This document shows positions 1 through 13,200 of a stretch of 64,000 nucleotides of DNA, in pieces. Each line of letters opens with the position of its first letter. Position 1 is the stretch's first letter. Below the pieces are notes generated by a model. It had not been told where the DNA came from. It did not search any database and saw only the letters and a program-made list of their open reading frames with translations. Source of the stretch: Phoronis australis (taxonomy: Eukaryota; Animalia; Phoronida); assembly GCA_002633005.1 (NCBI GenBank), contig NMRA01000558.1, positions 72,441-136,440 on the forward strand, read 5' to 3'. The position numbers and the translations under genes were made by a program.

Positions 1-570
1 AATTATTTTTTATAATATGGAGCTAACGTAATCCGATACAGATTTTGCAGATTCGTTTTGAAATTGAAAGTCATCTGCGCCGACTGCTATATTAGATGAC
101 TTTCTGAATATTTTCTTTTTTATTTCGCTTTTAAGTCATGCATATTCTTGTATAACAACCACCGAGTGAGATATTTTGTCAGCTGGTGTAATTATGTCCT
201 CTTTGTTTTTAAGGACATCTGTGGGGACATCTTTCTCGTGTTTTGTAGTATACTTGTAAGCCATTAATAAATCGTTAGTAATAGCTTCAAGGTATCTTTC
301 GAGTGGATGGGTTTGACTTTTGGTTGAATCCTAGTTGCTTTTCTCTTGAAAAGGTTATTTTCTAGGAGGATTTCTCATTTTCATCTTTGGTGGGATTGTC
401 AAAATATTCTGCCAATCTAAGACGTCAAATTATAGTATAAATGTTATGAGTACCGGTAATTCGTCTTTATCGATATTTGGTTTGGTAGGACAGAAGTTAA
501 GTCTTTAGGAGTAGGCTATTCTCATTATCTGTTAACTTACGGTTTGGTAACTTAACTACGTTGTTAGGAT
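1..570 (-). mobile_element. Degenerate Penelope-like retroelement fragment (region N-terminal to the RT)
   Basis: Minus-strand translation gives PNNVVKLPNRKLTDNENSLL / (frameshift) LNFCPTKPNIDKDEL (~460-570) and DVLKNKEDIITPADKISHSVVV (~150-220). These match the Penelope-like motifs VVNLS..LT..E..LLSKGLNFCPT and L....DI.I.PADKG...VV. Stops and frameshifts are present, and the element runs off the window edge. Confidence 0.7.
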
Positions 571-904
571 CGCAGGCCATTATTTTGTTAGTGGTTTGTC
601 TGTGGAAACTTTAGTTACGCCTAACGTTTTTCATGGTCTTGTTGATATTGTCTTTTGACCGTAGAAGGTGGTTGTAGGCATTGGCTGTGATGAAATTGTT
701 TTAGCGGCCTTAGAGGATCAGTACTGTCTTTTGGCCTTGTGGGGTAATACTTTTTTCAAATTAATGTGGTTTTTCTTGGGTGCTTTCACTTTGGGACTTG
801 TTGAAGCTCGAACTTTTTGGTTGTGTAGAATGTTCCATGCGATGTAAACCACGTGTTTTTGTTATAGGTTTGTTTTTGCTCTTTGATCTTCAAAATGATT
901 TCAA

Positions 905-1335
905 TCCATTTGTCTGTTTAAAAGTCAATTTTTTCTTGAATATCTAGGCTTGCATTTTCTCGTGGAAGAGGTAGTGAACACGTGTCTTCTATTGTTTGAA
1001 TGAGACAACTAATAGTGTGCTTGCTTTCCAACAGGTTAAAATGCTGGTCGCGGTGCAGAAGTCGTATGGACTTATCTTTGCTCTTGGCTTTCTTTGAGGT
1101 ATATTTAATCCAGCATATGTAAATGGCGTTGTTGTAGGTTGTTGCTCTTCGATCTTCCAGTTACTTTAGTTCATTTGTCTGTTTTAAAGTCACCTTCATC
1201 TTGAATAACTGTCATCCCTTTTTCTTTAGGAAGAGGTGCCAAACACATGTCCTCTATTTGAAGAATGCCAATGTTTGGCTTTCTTTCAGGTTAAAATGCT
1301 GGTTGCGGTACAGTAGTATTATGGACTTCTTATCA
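905..1335. repeat. Diverged tandem duplication (~265-bp period) next to the Penelope-like relic
   Basis: The blocks catttgtctgttt.aaagtca, ggaagagg, caggttaaaatgctggt.gcggt.cag and tatggactt occur in the same order at ~907-1073 and ~1172-1328. Confidence 0.6.
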
Positions 1336-2439
1336 TTACTGTTGGTATTTCTTAGTTATATTTTACCCAGCATATTTTGCCACCAACTGTAATATTAACA
1401 TAGATGTCTAAATGGAAAACTGCACCTCTTGCCAGGATTTCAGCAATCTTGGGGACTGCCCATCATGTCAGCTCTAAGGTGGTACGATGATAAACATTCA
1501 GCGGTCTGTCTGAGGTACACAAAAGTGACGTGCGCCGTGGACGGCATTGATGTCGTGTGCTGTACAGGTACAGTACTGATCGAAAGTCTCTTCCTATCGA
1601 ACGCGGCTAGGCCGCGTCCGGACACGGGTTCCAAACCGCGGTTGAACCGAGGCTAGCCGCAGTCCGGACTTCGTCTGACCGCGGTTAATCCAAAGTTAAG
1701 TCGCGTCCGTGCTATGCCTTGGCTTTGTTTTTATTTCGCTCCGAAAGCTGGAAATACTGGGGGGTTACTGTAAGTAAGCGTATGATGAGGCGATTAAATG
1801 TTCTATGGCACATTGTACAACAGTTCATTATCAGATTTCGGTCGGGGTTTTAGACGTACATGTACGTGTGGGATATGTAAAGTTACTAATTCGTTACGTT
1901 TAATCTGACGTATAGCCAGTATCATCGACGTTGTACCTTTCCTGATCTCCGGGCCTGATCGCGATTTCATAATTGAACTTTCAGTTAACAGATTGAGTCA
2001 GTAGTTATAACGGCGTGTGGCTGAGTTGTGTGTGAGAGGCATACATGTACAATGTGTAGTGGTTAATAAAATAATTATTATAACTCACTTCTTTGGCACA
2101 TGGCATCTATTGTGCAGTAGTTTGTTGTCCAGATAGATGATTTTGAAAGTGTTTTGCGTAAACGGCATCCCCGTCACAGTTTACTTATTAGTTTCATCTC
2201 CAGTAATGTTTCTGCCTTGTAAAAGTTTAACACAGATCAATGGCGAGAAGAAAAAGAGACGTGGTGTAAATTAAAAAAAATGTCTACTCTTGTACCACGG
2301 ACTATCTAGTGCAATAGGCGAATCTCACAATTTTTATTTTCAATTTTGATATTTTCCTTTTCTTTAAATCGCGACACATGGATACTGTTTACTATCAGCA
2401 GGATGGAGCAACTAGTTTCTCCTTCTTTGCAATCGTGGA

Positions 2440-2708
2440 ACAGGAACATCAAAGGGATGTGAAGGTTGTTTTTTATAAAATTAAAAGATAGATTTAAGTA
2501 GTACCAGAGCTTCTTAGAAACATGCATCATCAAAATGTCTTGAACAAATGAATCAGAGTTCTTGTTTCAAAGAACTGCCCTTCACAATCACGCAGGAAAT
2601 GAGCTTTTCCTCCCAAAGCAGGTTGTGTATTCAGCGGTGGTTGTGGAAACTTATCCCTTTGCATTTTGCCTTTGTGGCCGAACACACGACCACACAGCAG
2701 CCGATCAT
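2440..2708 (-). pseudogene. THAP zinc-finger domain relic (DNA-transposon derived)
   Basis: Minus-strand reading MIGCCVVVCSATKAKCKGISFHNHR*...LLWEEKL...*FICSRHFDDACF*, then HIPLMF in another frame. This fits the THAP pattern M..C.V..C...G.SFH.FP...W...CS.HF...F...AVPTIF, with in-frame stops. Confidence 0.65.
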
Positions 2709-5436
2709 GTTTAGTAGACGACGTACTTGCCGGAAGTAAAACTTGTTAATTTTGACCTGTATCTCTAGTGAATATCTGGAATTGTCTTTAAGTTAAATGA
2801 ATGTCGTGAGATACTGTATCTAGTGGAGTCATATTAATCAAGAAGTCTTTGCACGCAGGCTGGGTTATTACTATTTAAAAATTCATTGTTTTCCTTTAAT
2901 TCTTCGCTCAAAGGAGAATTCCGTTATATTTTGAATTCAGAATTTCCATACATATGCACTGTCGTTCTTCATTAAAACAAGCAGTTAATGTAGAATGAAG
3001 ACATTCTTGATTTAACCCTGTTGCATCTTGGAATGTTTCAGTGGTGCCTGGTTAGCATCACTTGTTTCATACAAGATAATGTGCAACTTGTTTTAGGATT
3101 GCCTGGGGGTGTACTCCGTGGTGCTTTCCAGCAACTTCTTTGAATCTAACTCGATTCTATTTTTCCACGTGTTGTTTTCCTGATCACACTGTTCAACAAA
3201 ACTTGCAAGCAGGACCGAGCGTTTTAACGATGTTTTATTGTACGAATGAGTTAATTATGCTAATTTCACAACAATGCGTCGTTTTGCCTTAGTAAGAACA
3301 GTAGTGTTCAATAATCTAACCAGGCTAGTATCTTTGAGTTTCAATTGCGTATTTGGTCTGTCGTTTATGTGAACTGCACAATGCATTATATGTCTACTGG
3401 TGCAAACGGCGGACGAATTTGAAGCTTTTTGCTCACTGAAATTTAAGATGAGTTTGTATTTTGGTTATGGATAACCATCATGAAAATTGGAGCACCAGCT
3501 GACCCATAAATGATCTTCATGAAAGTCTTAGCGGACATTACTGAAGAGCTCCCGATTAGATCGTTGTTTTCTTAACTTCTAGAACTTTTATGTGAGCAGT
3601 ATTTAATGTGCTGTTATGTGTGTGCGATTTTTTGCCAAACTTCCATGATTAGTCAAAGTTGTTCGTCGTATGACTGTTGCCTGACGACTAAAACCAATAG
3701 GCTAATTTAATAACGTGTACGTGCAGATCATTGGGTGGAGAAAGGTTGCATTTTGCTGAAGAAGAACAGTGTTCAATGTATAAGGTTCCTGTGCCTCTAG
3801 GTAAAACGTTTGCACATAAATCTATGTGTGAAGGAGTTGCACTAAAACAGTGTCGTAAAAACAATGATTTTGGTTGAGCATACGCCTATGGGACCTTAAT
3901 ACCTGCACGTATACAGTACGACAGAACACACTATCATGTCTGTTAATGCTTTGTGGTGTTGCATAATAAACTAATTTGGTACTTTTTGTGATGTTTGCAG
4001 AATATGCGTACGCTTTTGTTGATTTTGAGCTTGAAACACCAGGTCGATGCGCTCCACAGGATGTACAAAACCTGAACATGTGAACAGTATACTGGTCCAG
4101 AGACTTAAAAAACCTGGCACATAGTCTATTGAAACTAATTACAAAGTTAATTTCCCATCTTTTACGGCTACCGGAAGTTCAGCCGGCTATTTCAGTAAAA
4201 CGAGCAAAGAATGTACCAGATCAGCATTTTTCGCCACTAAGTCGCCCTTTGCAGGGCTTTGCGATTACTTAGAACTGAGAGACAATACCTTGACACTGCT
4301 AAAACTCTCCACGTTACATATATCGGGTGAAACATGTGTGTCGACGAGAAGGATTTTTCATAAATCCAAAGTGTCTTAATGGTATCTAAATTTATTGCTC
4401 AATTTCAACTTCCCATTTTCAATCATTTTAAAAAGGTTAAAGAAAATCCAGGACTGAGCAAAACGTCGGTCAAAGGATCACCAATTGGCAATCTTTCACT
4501 TTCTTGGTAGCCTCCATATGAAAGTACAGAACTGAAAATGCCCAGCCAACCTAGCAGGCACCAATTTTTAGTGAAATTGGAAGCAAATTCAACAGTGGCT
4601 CAAAAACATATTGAGTGCCACCGAGGGTCGCCCTACGAGTAGTGGACGCTTCAACAGCTAAAGACAAATTAACGTTTTTATTGTAAGACGAAAATTTGCT
4701 GAATGCATTTGCCACCAACTGTTAACTTCATCTCGGACATCACGTATATATAACGTTCTGATTGTGCAAGAAATACCTGTTTGTCGTGTTAGACTGGCAG
4801 CCCAGAGCACATAGCAGAGATGAACGAGGTACATGTACCAACATCTGGCCATAGGAGCACTTAGAGTCCAACTCGGTATATACGGAAATGGACGTTTGCC
4901 GTTGTCTGCACTCTGGGTGCGACCCCTGGGGACCTTACAATGGGGTCAAAAATGCGGTAGACTAGGTATTCGAGGTACCGGCCAAAACTCATTTAAAACG
5001 AACAATAGTACCGTTCTGAATACTGAATAACCTATGACAGACAAATTGCACTCTGGACTGGGTCTGGCTGAAACCAAAAAAGACCCCCCCCCCCTTTTTT
5101 AAAAGAATCCTGGATGAGCCCCCGCTACATTTGATCGTGCATGGGCGCACCCATTTGGCGACTTGGCAAAAAGTGAAATAAAAAGCCTGAGTAAACGAGA
5201 CAAAAGATCCATACATTCAACAGGAATTCGGCACGGATGCACAATTCGTTGGCCTGAACCTAGTGGCCCCGTTTTCTTGTTTTTTTTTTTTAATTCCCTC
5301 GTTAAGTTTTTTCAGTACAAGGACGGCATATCGAAAAATTCGAGTCCATTCCCGTTCTAAAACTGCATCGTAAATGCACACCGCGGCGTCATTCAGTTGC
5401 ACCTATAACCTGCAAGTCTGACATTTTTAATAATAT

Positions 5437-5684
5437 TAAACCTGGGTCTGGCCAGGTCTTAAGTTAAACCTGGTTTAAGATCTTAATTCAGGTCTAAGAA
5501 ACAGATCTCTTTCGTGAAATGAAAACAGACTTTGATTATGTCTAAACTTGAGTTAAACCAGGTTTTACTAGACCGATGGTCTAAAAGTTAAACCACCTTT
5601 ATGAAACGCAGATTATCTTTAAACCTGGTCTAAGTCCAATTTAAACCAGGTGTAATTTTGAACCACCTTTATGAAATCGGCTGC
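5437..5684. repeat. MITE-like element with internal ttaaaccagg/cctggtttaa palindromic repeats
   Basis: Repeated aaacctgg/ccaggttt motifs and two copies of aaccacctttatgaaa. Similar in style to the element at 28586-28801. Confidence 0.45.
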
Positions 5685-7383
5685 AAATGTCCCAATAGGG
5701 TTAAGTTAAAGACCCACTACGGTCCAAAATGACTGTTTTTATATATGGAATACACATATTAATGAAAAAAAAACATCAACATACGGTGTCATAGCATACC
5801 CCAAACGTTACTTAACTAGGTCTATTAGCAGCCTATCACGAACCCCATTTAGCGCCAAAAAATGAGATGGCGCTCGCACCAGCCGAAACCTACGCACCAA
5901 AGTCAGTAAACGGGGAAATATAAAGTCGTGAAGTCATCTCATTTTTGACACTGAGTACATATTCGGTTTAAGTGGTTGCAACGAAATCTCATATTCCGTG
6001 ACCTTCACATGTTCGTGAACTTCAAAATGTGAGTGTTATCAAAGATATAATCGATAAATTAAAAGCGTGTCGAACCCCCTGATAAATATAGGTTGTTCTT
6101 GCCTTGGATATGCTTCAATTGTCAATGTCATCAACTTCAGAATTTTAAAGATGCATGGGAATTCCATCATGGTCATTCCGCACGTACTTGCAATAACATC
6201 AACTTAAAAAGGAACAAAGCGCATCGTCAGAATGTGAAAGTGTTACACCTGATTTCTCGAGTACACCGAACGGATCAATGTGTACGTTCCCAAGTTTATC
6301 GGAAGTGTCATCAGATTCGTGGGTGCTGCACAGACGTTCGTGAAATCCCAAGTACTTGGATGACCTCAATGGCAGTTGGGTAAAAGTAGGGACTGACAGG
6401 TTCTCGAATGCTAAAAAGCCCACTCATCGATGAAATTTGAAAGTTAAGACGACGCCTACCACACGATTGGTCAATTTATGACTTGAGTAATTGTAAGGGA
6501 TTTTTCTTGTTATCTCTGGTGTTAATTTGGTCAAATCATCCAGGAATGTAATACCATTACTTCAGTTGACTTTTATGTTATGTGCGCCTGAAGATGTCGG
6601 AGATATCGGCCGCATGTCAACTTTAAACATTAAAATTTAAATACCTTAAATGGGAGCGCTACAGGCATTTAACGTATTTCTGTCAATTCAGCATTATATT
6701 TAATTTGTTATGAAAGTATTCTAAATCTTTTCAATTTAATTTTAATCAAAACCAATTAAACAAATGCTGCGTCAAATGTGACGTACTCACTCTATGTCTG
6801 AGTGTTGACCATATCAATAAAGCTACTTTCGTTCTTATCTTGCCATGTCACCAAGTAAATGGAGCCCGTTTCAAGTGGCTACCTGTCTTTAATTTTAACC
6901 AAAATCGGGCTAACAGAAAAAATCCATCTCGGCCCCATTTCATGTAACCAACATCGTTCTGAGTTAGTATGGTCGATTTAGCCTACTTCGGATAAGATCT
7001 GGTGTGATTCTGTTGGTATTTTTATTATATTCTACAATCTAATACCCCGAGCCAATGAATGTAAATTTGAAGGTCGTCCGCTGTCAATTTGGGATCCGAA
7101 AAAACGCGAACACAACTGAAATGACATTTTCCAGCTATGCTGGTACCTTGTGAAGTACACGGGGTCGCAATCCTGCTTCTGGCTGCCCCATGTTTTACGT
7201 ACATGTATATACATGTATACACGTGTATCCCCATCTAAAATTTAGCATGACCACAAATACATGTATTCGTCACTTGTCGCCTCGCTTAGTTTTGTGAATC
7301 CGCAATCGTTGAGGAAAAACGTTGCCATTGTATGCTCCCCGAAAGTTCAAAAGAACTGGGATTGACTACAGTATGTCCATAGC

Positions 7384-7500
7384 CAGGTAACAATTTTCGA
7401 AGTGCTTAGTAAGTTACAAAGGTACATAAATGTGGCCTAACTAATGTCAATGTTTTAAATTTTGGCAGTTTTATTTTATGTGACTAGGTCCACAACGTCA
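7384..7500 (+). repeat. Dispersed repeat, copy 1 (copy 2 at 16732-16856)
   Basis: caggtaa.aattttcgaagtgctta...ggtac.taaat.tggcctaa...aattttg.ca.ttt.atttt...ggtcca.aacgtc is shared by both loci. Confidence 0.6.
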
Positions 7501-8419
7501 AATAAGCGCTTTGTGAGAACACTGTCTTAATACAACACTACTGTTTGTACATGTACAATATATATATACAAAGAACAGACGTTCGCTACTTTGCCGCTCG
7601 GAACATCGTCAGTGGAAGACAGTACACCTAAAAGGTGAACAGTGCAGAACGACCAAGCAGAAGAATGACAGTCGTCGCAAAACAAAAAGCGGACAGGAAA
7701 CTGAAATTCGTTCGCTATAAAGCACTATTCATTCGTTTCCTTGACTGTATTAATTTGGCTTAAAGTGGTAACTATACAAAGGCGAGTTTTACACTGCACT
7801 CTATGGAGACCCGCAAAAAATGTAAATATTTCTTAAAATAATGGCGAAAAGTGCGTTTGATATAACATTCTCGTCACCTGTGGAGTTTCTTGGACACAGA
7901 AGTATTCATATTATTGATGAAGTTAACTTTTGTTCTCGAAAATCTCGGTTTCGCTGGTCAACCGAGACAGGACTAATCGGTTGTAGCAACAATTTGAAGA
8001 CGTGTTTTCTTGGTATCGAGGGCTAACTAGCGGTATAAATGCTTATCCTCGGTTGTAGTTCGTGAAAATGGGCCCAACCTTAAATTCTGGATTCACCGAA
8101 AACTTCGGCCTCTCAGTGCAGTGTGCTCCAAAATCAATCAAAGGTGTTTCCGAGAGGATGGTGAATATGTTGGAAATATAGAGGCAAAGTTTGGCAATCC
8201 ATACATGTATTTCTACGAACATCGGTTTAAACATGTCTCACTCTCTCGCCCATGTACATCAGAGATGTGCATGAGTGGTTTTTTAATCTACTAAATGATA
8301 GGGATACTAAACCCTGTTTTGGTGATTTCAGCCAGTCCTCGTTCTGTCATCTGCTAACGTACAACTGGTGTCTCACGTGAGTGATAAAAGCAGGTTTTAA
8401 ATGAGAACTGAGATTTTTT

Positions 8420-8620
8420 TGTCACAGATATGATATTACGGTTCTTGGTGGGGGTCCTTCCCTGCAGTTTTCGCGGAGCTCGCCTAAAGCGTAGATCACG
8501 CTTGACCATTTAGCAGACTTTGCAAGGAGTTTTATTTTTTTCGAAACATTTGGGGGTTGTCAAGCCAGGGTTACAGAGCATTGTTTTGTTTTTTCAGAGA
8601 ACTAAGTAAGATGGAAACGA
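8420..8620 (+). other. Non-coding block homologous to 31990-32180; both copies lie 1.6-1.8 kb upstream of an astacin start codon
   Basis: The shared runs gatatta.ggttctt.gtg, taaagcgtag.tcac.cttg.cc.tttagcagactt...aaggagtttt, tttg.gggttgtc and catt.ttttgtt are collinear. Confidence 0.6.
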
Positions 8621-9759
8621 CGCGTTTAATATCGGGCCGATTTATGTCTGACTTAAATTAATCGATGTCTGACATAATTCTCGAATAATATAGTACATGA
8701 TTCATTAACGTCAGCAATAATTCTATTGATATCAGGATATAAATAATAATATCCGCCATTAATCTGTTTATGTGTGACATAAGTCAGCCAATTAGAATCG
8801 TTGATACACTCTCCACGCTTACTAAGCAAACATGGCGCGTCTCATGGACCAGACGGTTTTTGCAAAAGTTCAAACGAGTGTACTATAAGTTTAGCCATTG
8901 ATGAAAGCATCAACATCGAAAATGTCAGCAGGGTACTGGATCGGCTGGAAACATTGCGGGTTGGATCAATGACTGTATCGACGAATCTCAGTGACTGAAT
9001 TACACCTGTGTGACAGACACGAATACAAGATACGTCAAACATAAATAGAATAATGTTGGACATTGAATTTGGCATTAATGAATTATTAACGATAGTATTC
9101 GAGAATTATAAAGTGTTTTGTATCACAGATTATTATTTACATCTTACAAATCCGATAAGTACGTGCTGGTGGAAAATATCACACTTCATAAAATTCATGC
9201 GAAAATACACAACGATGTCCATCAATCAACTGCCTTATCGCCATTTGGCGACATATTCGAGTCGTGTTTCTTCATGTCATCGGAAATGGTTACTGGTAAA
9301 GATTTTGTTGTCGTAAGGTACATGTATATGGTGACCGCATTACTGGAGACATCTAATAGGACGGTCCCAAATTACATGGCGATATAAATCTCCTTTGTCC
9401 CGGAGATAAGAAAGCGCGTGACTTCGTTTTGTAAATCAGACACATTTTCGTGTCTCTCATTGATGTCTTGAAGGCAAAGAATTTCACGTCACGTATCCAC
9501 GGGTATTGGTCCAGTTTATTTACTTTCTCATCCCAGATTTGCAACTCACAGCATAGCAGTGATGCTTTAATTAGCATTAGAAGCACAAATAGAGCAGTGC
9601 AACCAAGAAAAACTTATACGGAATCGGACAACAATAAATAAGTTGTGAAACTCAAATGGCTTGAAAACGAAGCAGCAAATGTGCCTGTCGGATGTTTACG
9701 ACATTGTAGGTAAATACAGCGAGAACAGAATCGTAACGCTTGTTCCTAGTTACATGTAC

Positions 9760-10028
9760 CAGGGGCGGATCCAGGATTTTGAGTTAGGGGGGAAAGGCAC
9801 AGGAATAACCAGAATTTTGTCACATGCGCGCGCCCAGCCTAAAATGTAGGAATGCAGGGGTCTCGTTGTTTGTTCAAGGCCTATGCGTTGTGCATTCGCC
9901 TCCGAGCCCCCTGGGTGCGCACATATGCTGGTCAGCAATTCGCACCCCGGACTGTATAATGGTATCTTGGATAGTTTTAGGTGGGCCATGGCCCCTTGCC
10001 CCTTCTCCCCGCCTAAATCCGCCTCTGT
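9760..10028. mobile_element. MITE with CAGGGGCGGAT...ATCCGCCTCTG termini and 5-bp TSD (tgtac); contains a nested CATGCGCGC-family MITE (~9823-9925)
   Basis: tgtac|caggggcggatccagg ... cctaaatccgcctctg|tgtac, with internal catgcgcgcgcccagcctaaaa...ccctgggtgcgcacat. Confidence 0.7.
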
Positions 10029-10255
10029 GTACTACATCGCTTCCGACTTACTACTTGCTGTAGTTTAAAATTCGTCTTTATATTTTTAGTAATACCCTTT
10101 TTGCCTTGTCAAATATGCCGATTTGATCAAAGCGCGTTCAAATCTGGAAAGAACCCCCATTTTAATTTCCTGATAACACCCCCGACTGACCGAATTTTCT
10201 TTAAATAAATCCTTCACAACAGATTTGGGTCTATACATGTAGGTAACAGACAGAC

Positions 10256-13200
10256 ATGTTCCGTGCACACTTGGTTGCCGGGTTTTTGTTGGTAGTTTTG
10301 GATGTATCTCTTGCAGTGCCCTTAGAGCAGGTAAGAACGTAGAATTATTATTTGTGCATTAAAACTATTAATTGGGCCGCCACTTTCAGAGTAAAAACCG
10401 AGCAGTTCATTACGTCGTATGCCACTAATGGCTTAGTTGCTGATCCATTGGCATAATCGGAGCGGTTACATTGTACTATAGTTTCGGAACCTTGTGACAT
10501 TGGTCGTCAAGTTGCAAACGTATGCTTTGTACATTTCATGTTAATAAAATGAATATGAGCTATAGTTTACTGGTTGTAAGTGCTGAATTCATTTACTTCT
10601 TTATACATATGTTTATATTCTGTTGGCACGACATTTTTTTTCATTAAGAGTGAAAAATAAGGAGATACGCATTCAAAATTTGGAAACCCTTGTAATTTTA
10701 TTTGCCATTTTATTCGGAACGCCAGTTACCTGCCTATGCCTTATTGTATAAGAGTTTTAATAAGCATTACAACAAAAGTTAGGCGATAATAATTTGCATA
10801 CTGTGCCTTTGTTACAATGTCAAGACTTATTAGTCGGTATGTATTTTAGGCAGAGTTTAGTGACAAGAACATAGCCCTCAACTGTAAGTATTACAAGGGA
10901 ATAGCTTCAGTTCTAGGCAAATTAACTTGATACAGTGTATGTATACATTGCAATATTTCTTTTTTAATTCCTCGTACAGTCGCTGCAATCGTTGAAATCT
11001 TTGCTTTTGTACACGTAATGAACGAATGTAATTAAATAATCTTGATTAAAAGAATAGTGAACATTGTTCTGGTGAGTTTATCCAAAGCCGTCACCGTTGC
11101 CAATGGTGGGCGACAAAAGCATCCAGTAGGTAACGCTCTTTCGAGCTCTGCCACAAAGTGGATCTTGTGTTTGCAGGTGATGGCCTTCTCCTGGTGTCAA
11201 TTAAGTTGACACAAGCGCAAGTCGGTCACGCTGTCCGATTCCGCAAATGTTTAGCTGTAACATTGATTGAAATGATCCTGTTGAAGGGAGATACTTGTTT
11301 ATGTGTTATAACATTGATTAATATCCTTCTGAGGTTACATGTAATTAAATGGCGAAACATGATTATTTTACATTTTTGCCATTGTTACTGGGGAGTAAAC
11401 GCTACACAATGTAGTTTCAAGACATGCTAGAATGTCGAAGAACGATCCGTTCATTACTTCGTAAGAACACGCGGGGAAAAACAAAATGGCGGCCACTGTA
11501 ATGATTGGTGAGCCATGTTCAAATGTTTTGTTATGGACTGAATTCAGTGTTTGTGTTCCATAAGTCTAGATTTTTCCGCCGCGATTGCAAGCGACTTGCG
11601 TTCTACGGACTTTAGCCCATGTGCTATCCCACAGTGCGCGTGCTTTACATGGCTTGTTGGCGCCTACCGTATACAAATGGTTGAGGATGCGGTAGAAATT
11701 ATAGTGTGCAAAACTACATGCTCTTGTTATCCTCGACTTTTTGTTATCTTGTTTACTATTGCAACACGTACATGAGTTGCCCCCACCTTGTAAACAATCA
11801 GATCATAACGGGGTGTTCCTTTTAATGTCCAAGAAGCCAAGTAACCGCCAATGGACAGTGTCACACCCCTCTCACTGTAAAAGAGTGCGGTACAGGTACA
11901 CTTGATCTGCTGTGCATGTATTTTTTTCATTGCAGTGGACGATGTAGTTATCCCTCGGAACGTAAGTACAAAAACGCTTCACCAATGGCATCCTGTCCCA
12001 ACTTCTAACGTTTCAGCAGAGCTACACACTCCTCTCGGGCAACCGAACGATTTTAAAATAACACATTGCCATTAACAGACTGTTTCATGTCATACCAAGC
12101 ACTGGGATTTGACAGTCGTGTGTACTGCCAGAATTAAACGGGCACTATTTTGATTGGAAAGTTGTATGAAGGCGAACTTTACGGTGCTGCAGCTGACAAG
12201 CAACGAGATATCTAATGCACCCGTGGCCCATCCATATTTGGGGTGAATTCTAGATAACCAATTAAGGGTAGGTGCTATAAGCTGACGTGTGTGTGTGCGT
12301 GCGTGCGTGCGTGCGTGCGTGTGTGTGTAACCATCTACTTGTTTAGTCCACGACTTTGAAGACTAGAGTGGTGAACATACACCTGTATCAGTAGGTTTAG
12401 TGTAACACATTCTGAAACTTTCATAACGTGGATTTTGAAAAGAACCACCACCAAAAAAGCCACAGCTGTGACTTTTTCGCGAATTGACAAATATTCTCGG
12501 ACAATCCTACAACTAAGTTGAGTGGAATTTAGTCATTCCTCCATCCCCAGTGGACGAAAGCACGAATCAACAGCTGGCCTTGGACTCTGTTCACACGTAC
12601 AGGTGATCCCAACTTTGTGGCGTCCTGTCACTACCGTGGCTGCAGCTCACGATGCTTCGGCGATATGACACCTTTTTAGAGCATATTTAGCAGGTAGCTT
12701 CGTTATCTCTGCGTACACGTCCCTTTTGTTACCCGACGTTAAGGATTTTTTGTCACATACATTGTATACGATAGTGTGCAAGCACCGCTTTAGCCATGGC
12801 GTGAATGGACAACGCTGCATTCTTGACACAAACAAGCCAATCCGACAGCTTTTGTCTTCAACTGGAAATCGTTGAAAAGAAACTCCAATGCTATTCGAAA
12901 GGTCATGGTGCTTGCGTCCCGGAATGCAGTAACTTCCAGGCATACGGGGAAAAGAAATGCAAGCATGAGCCATATTTGAATCCACAAATTCAAGTTGAAT
13001 TGGCCAACCCCATTAAATTCTGAAGCGTTTTTTTTTTGAGTCGTTGATGGTTTCGATGTTCTTTTTAAAGAGTAACAGAAAAATAACTTTATTACGGTGG
13101 TCATTATGGAGATGCTGGTTTTATGCGAGCAAAGAGCCCAATTCGAGTTTCATTTTAGCTAGTTTTAAGAATGCTTTTTTCCACTTTATTTCAGTTTAAA

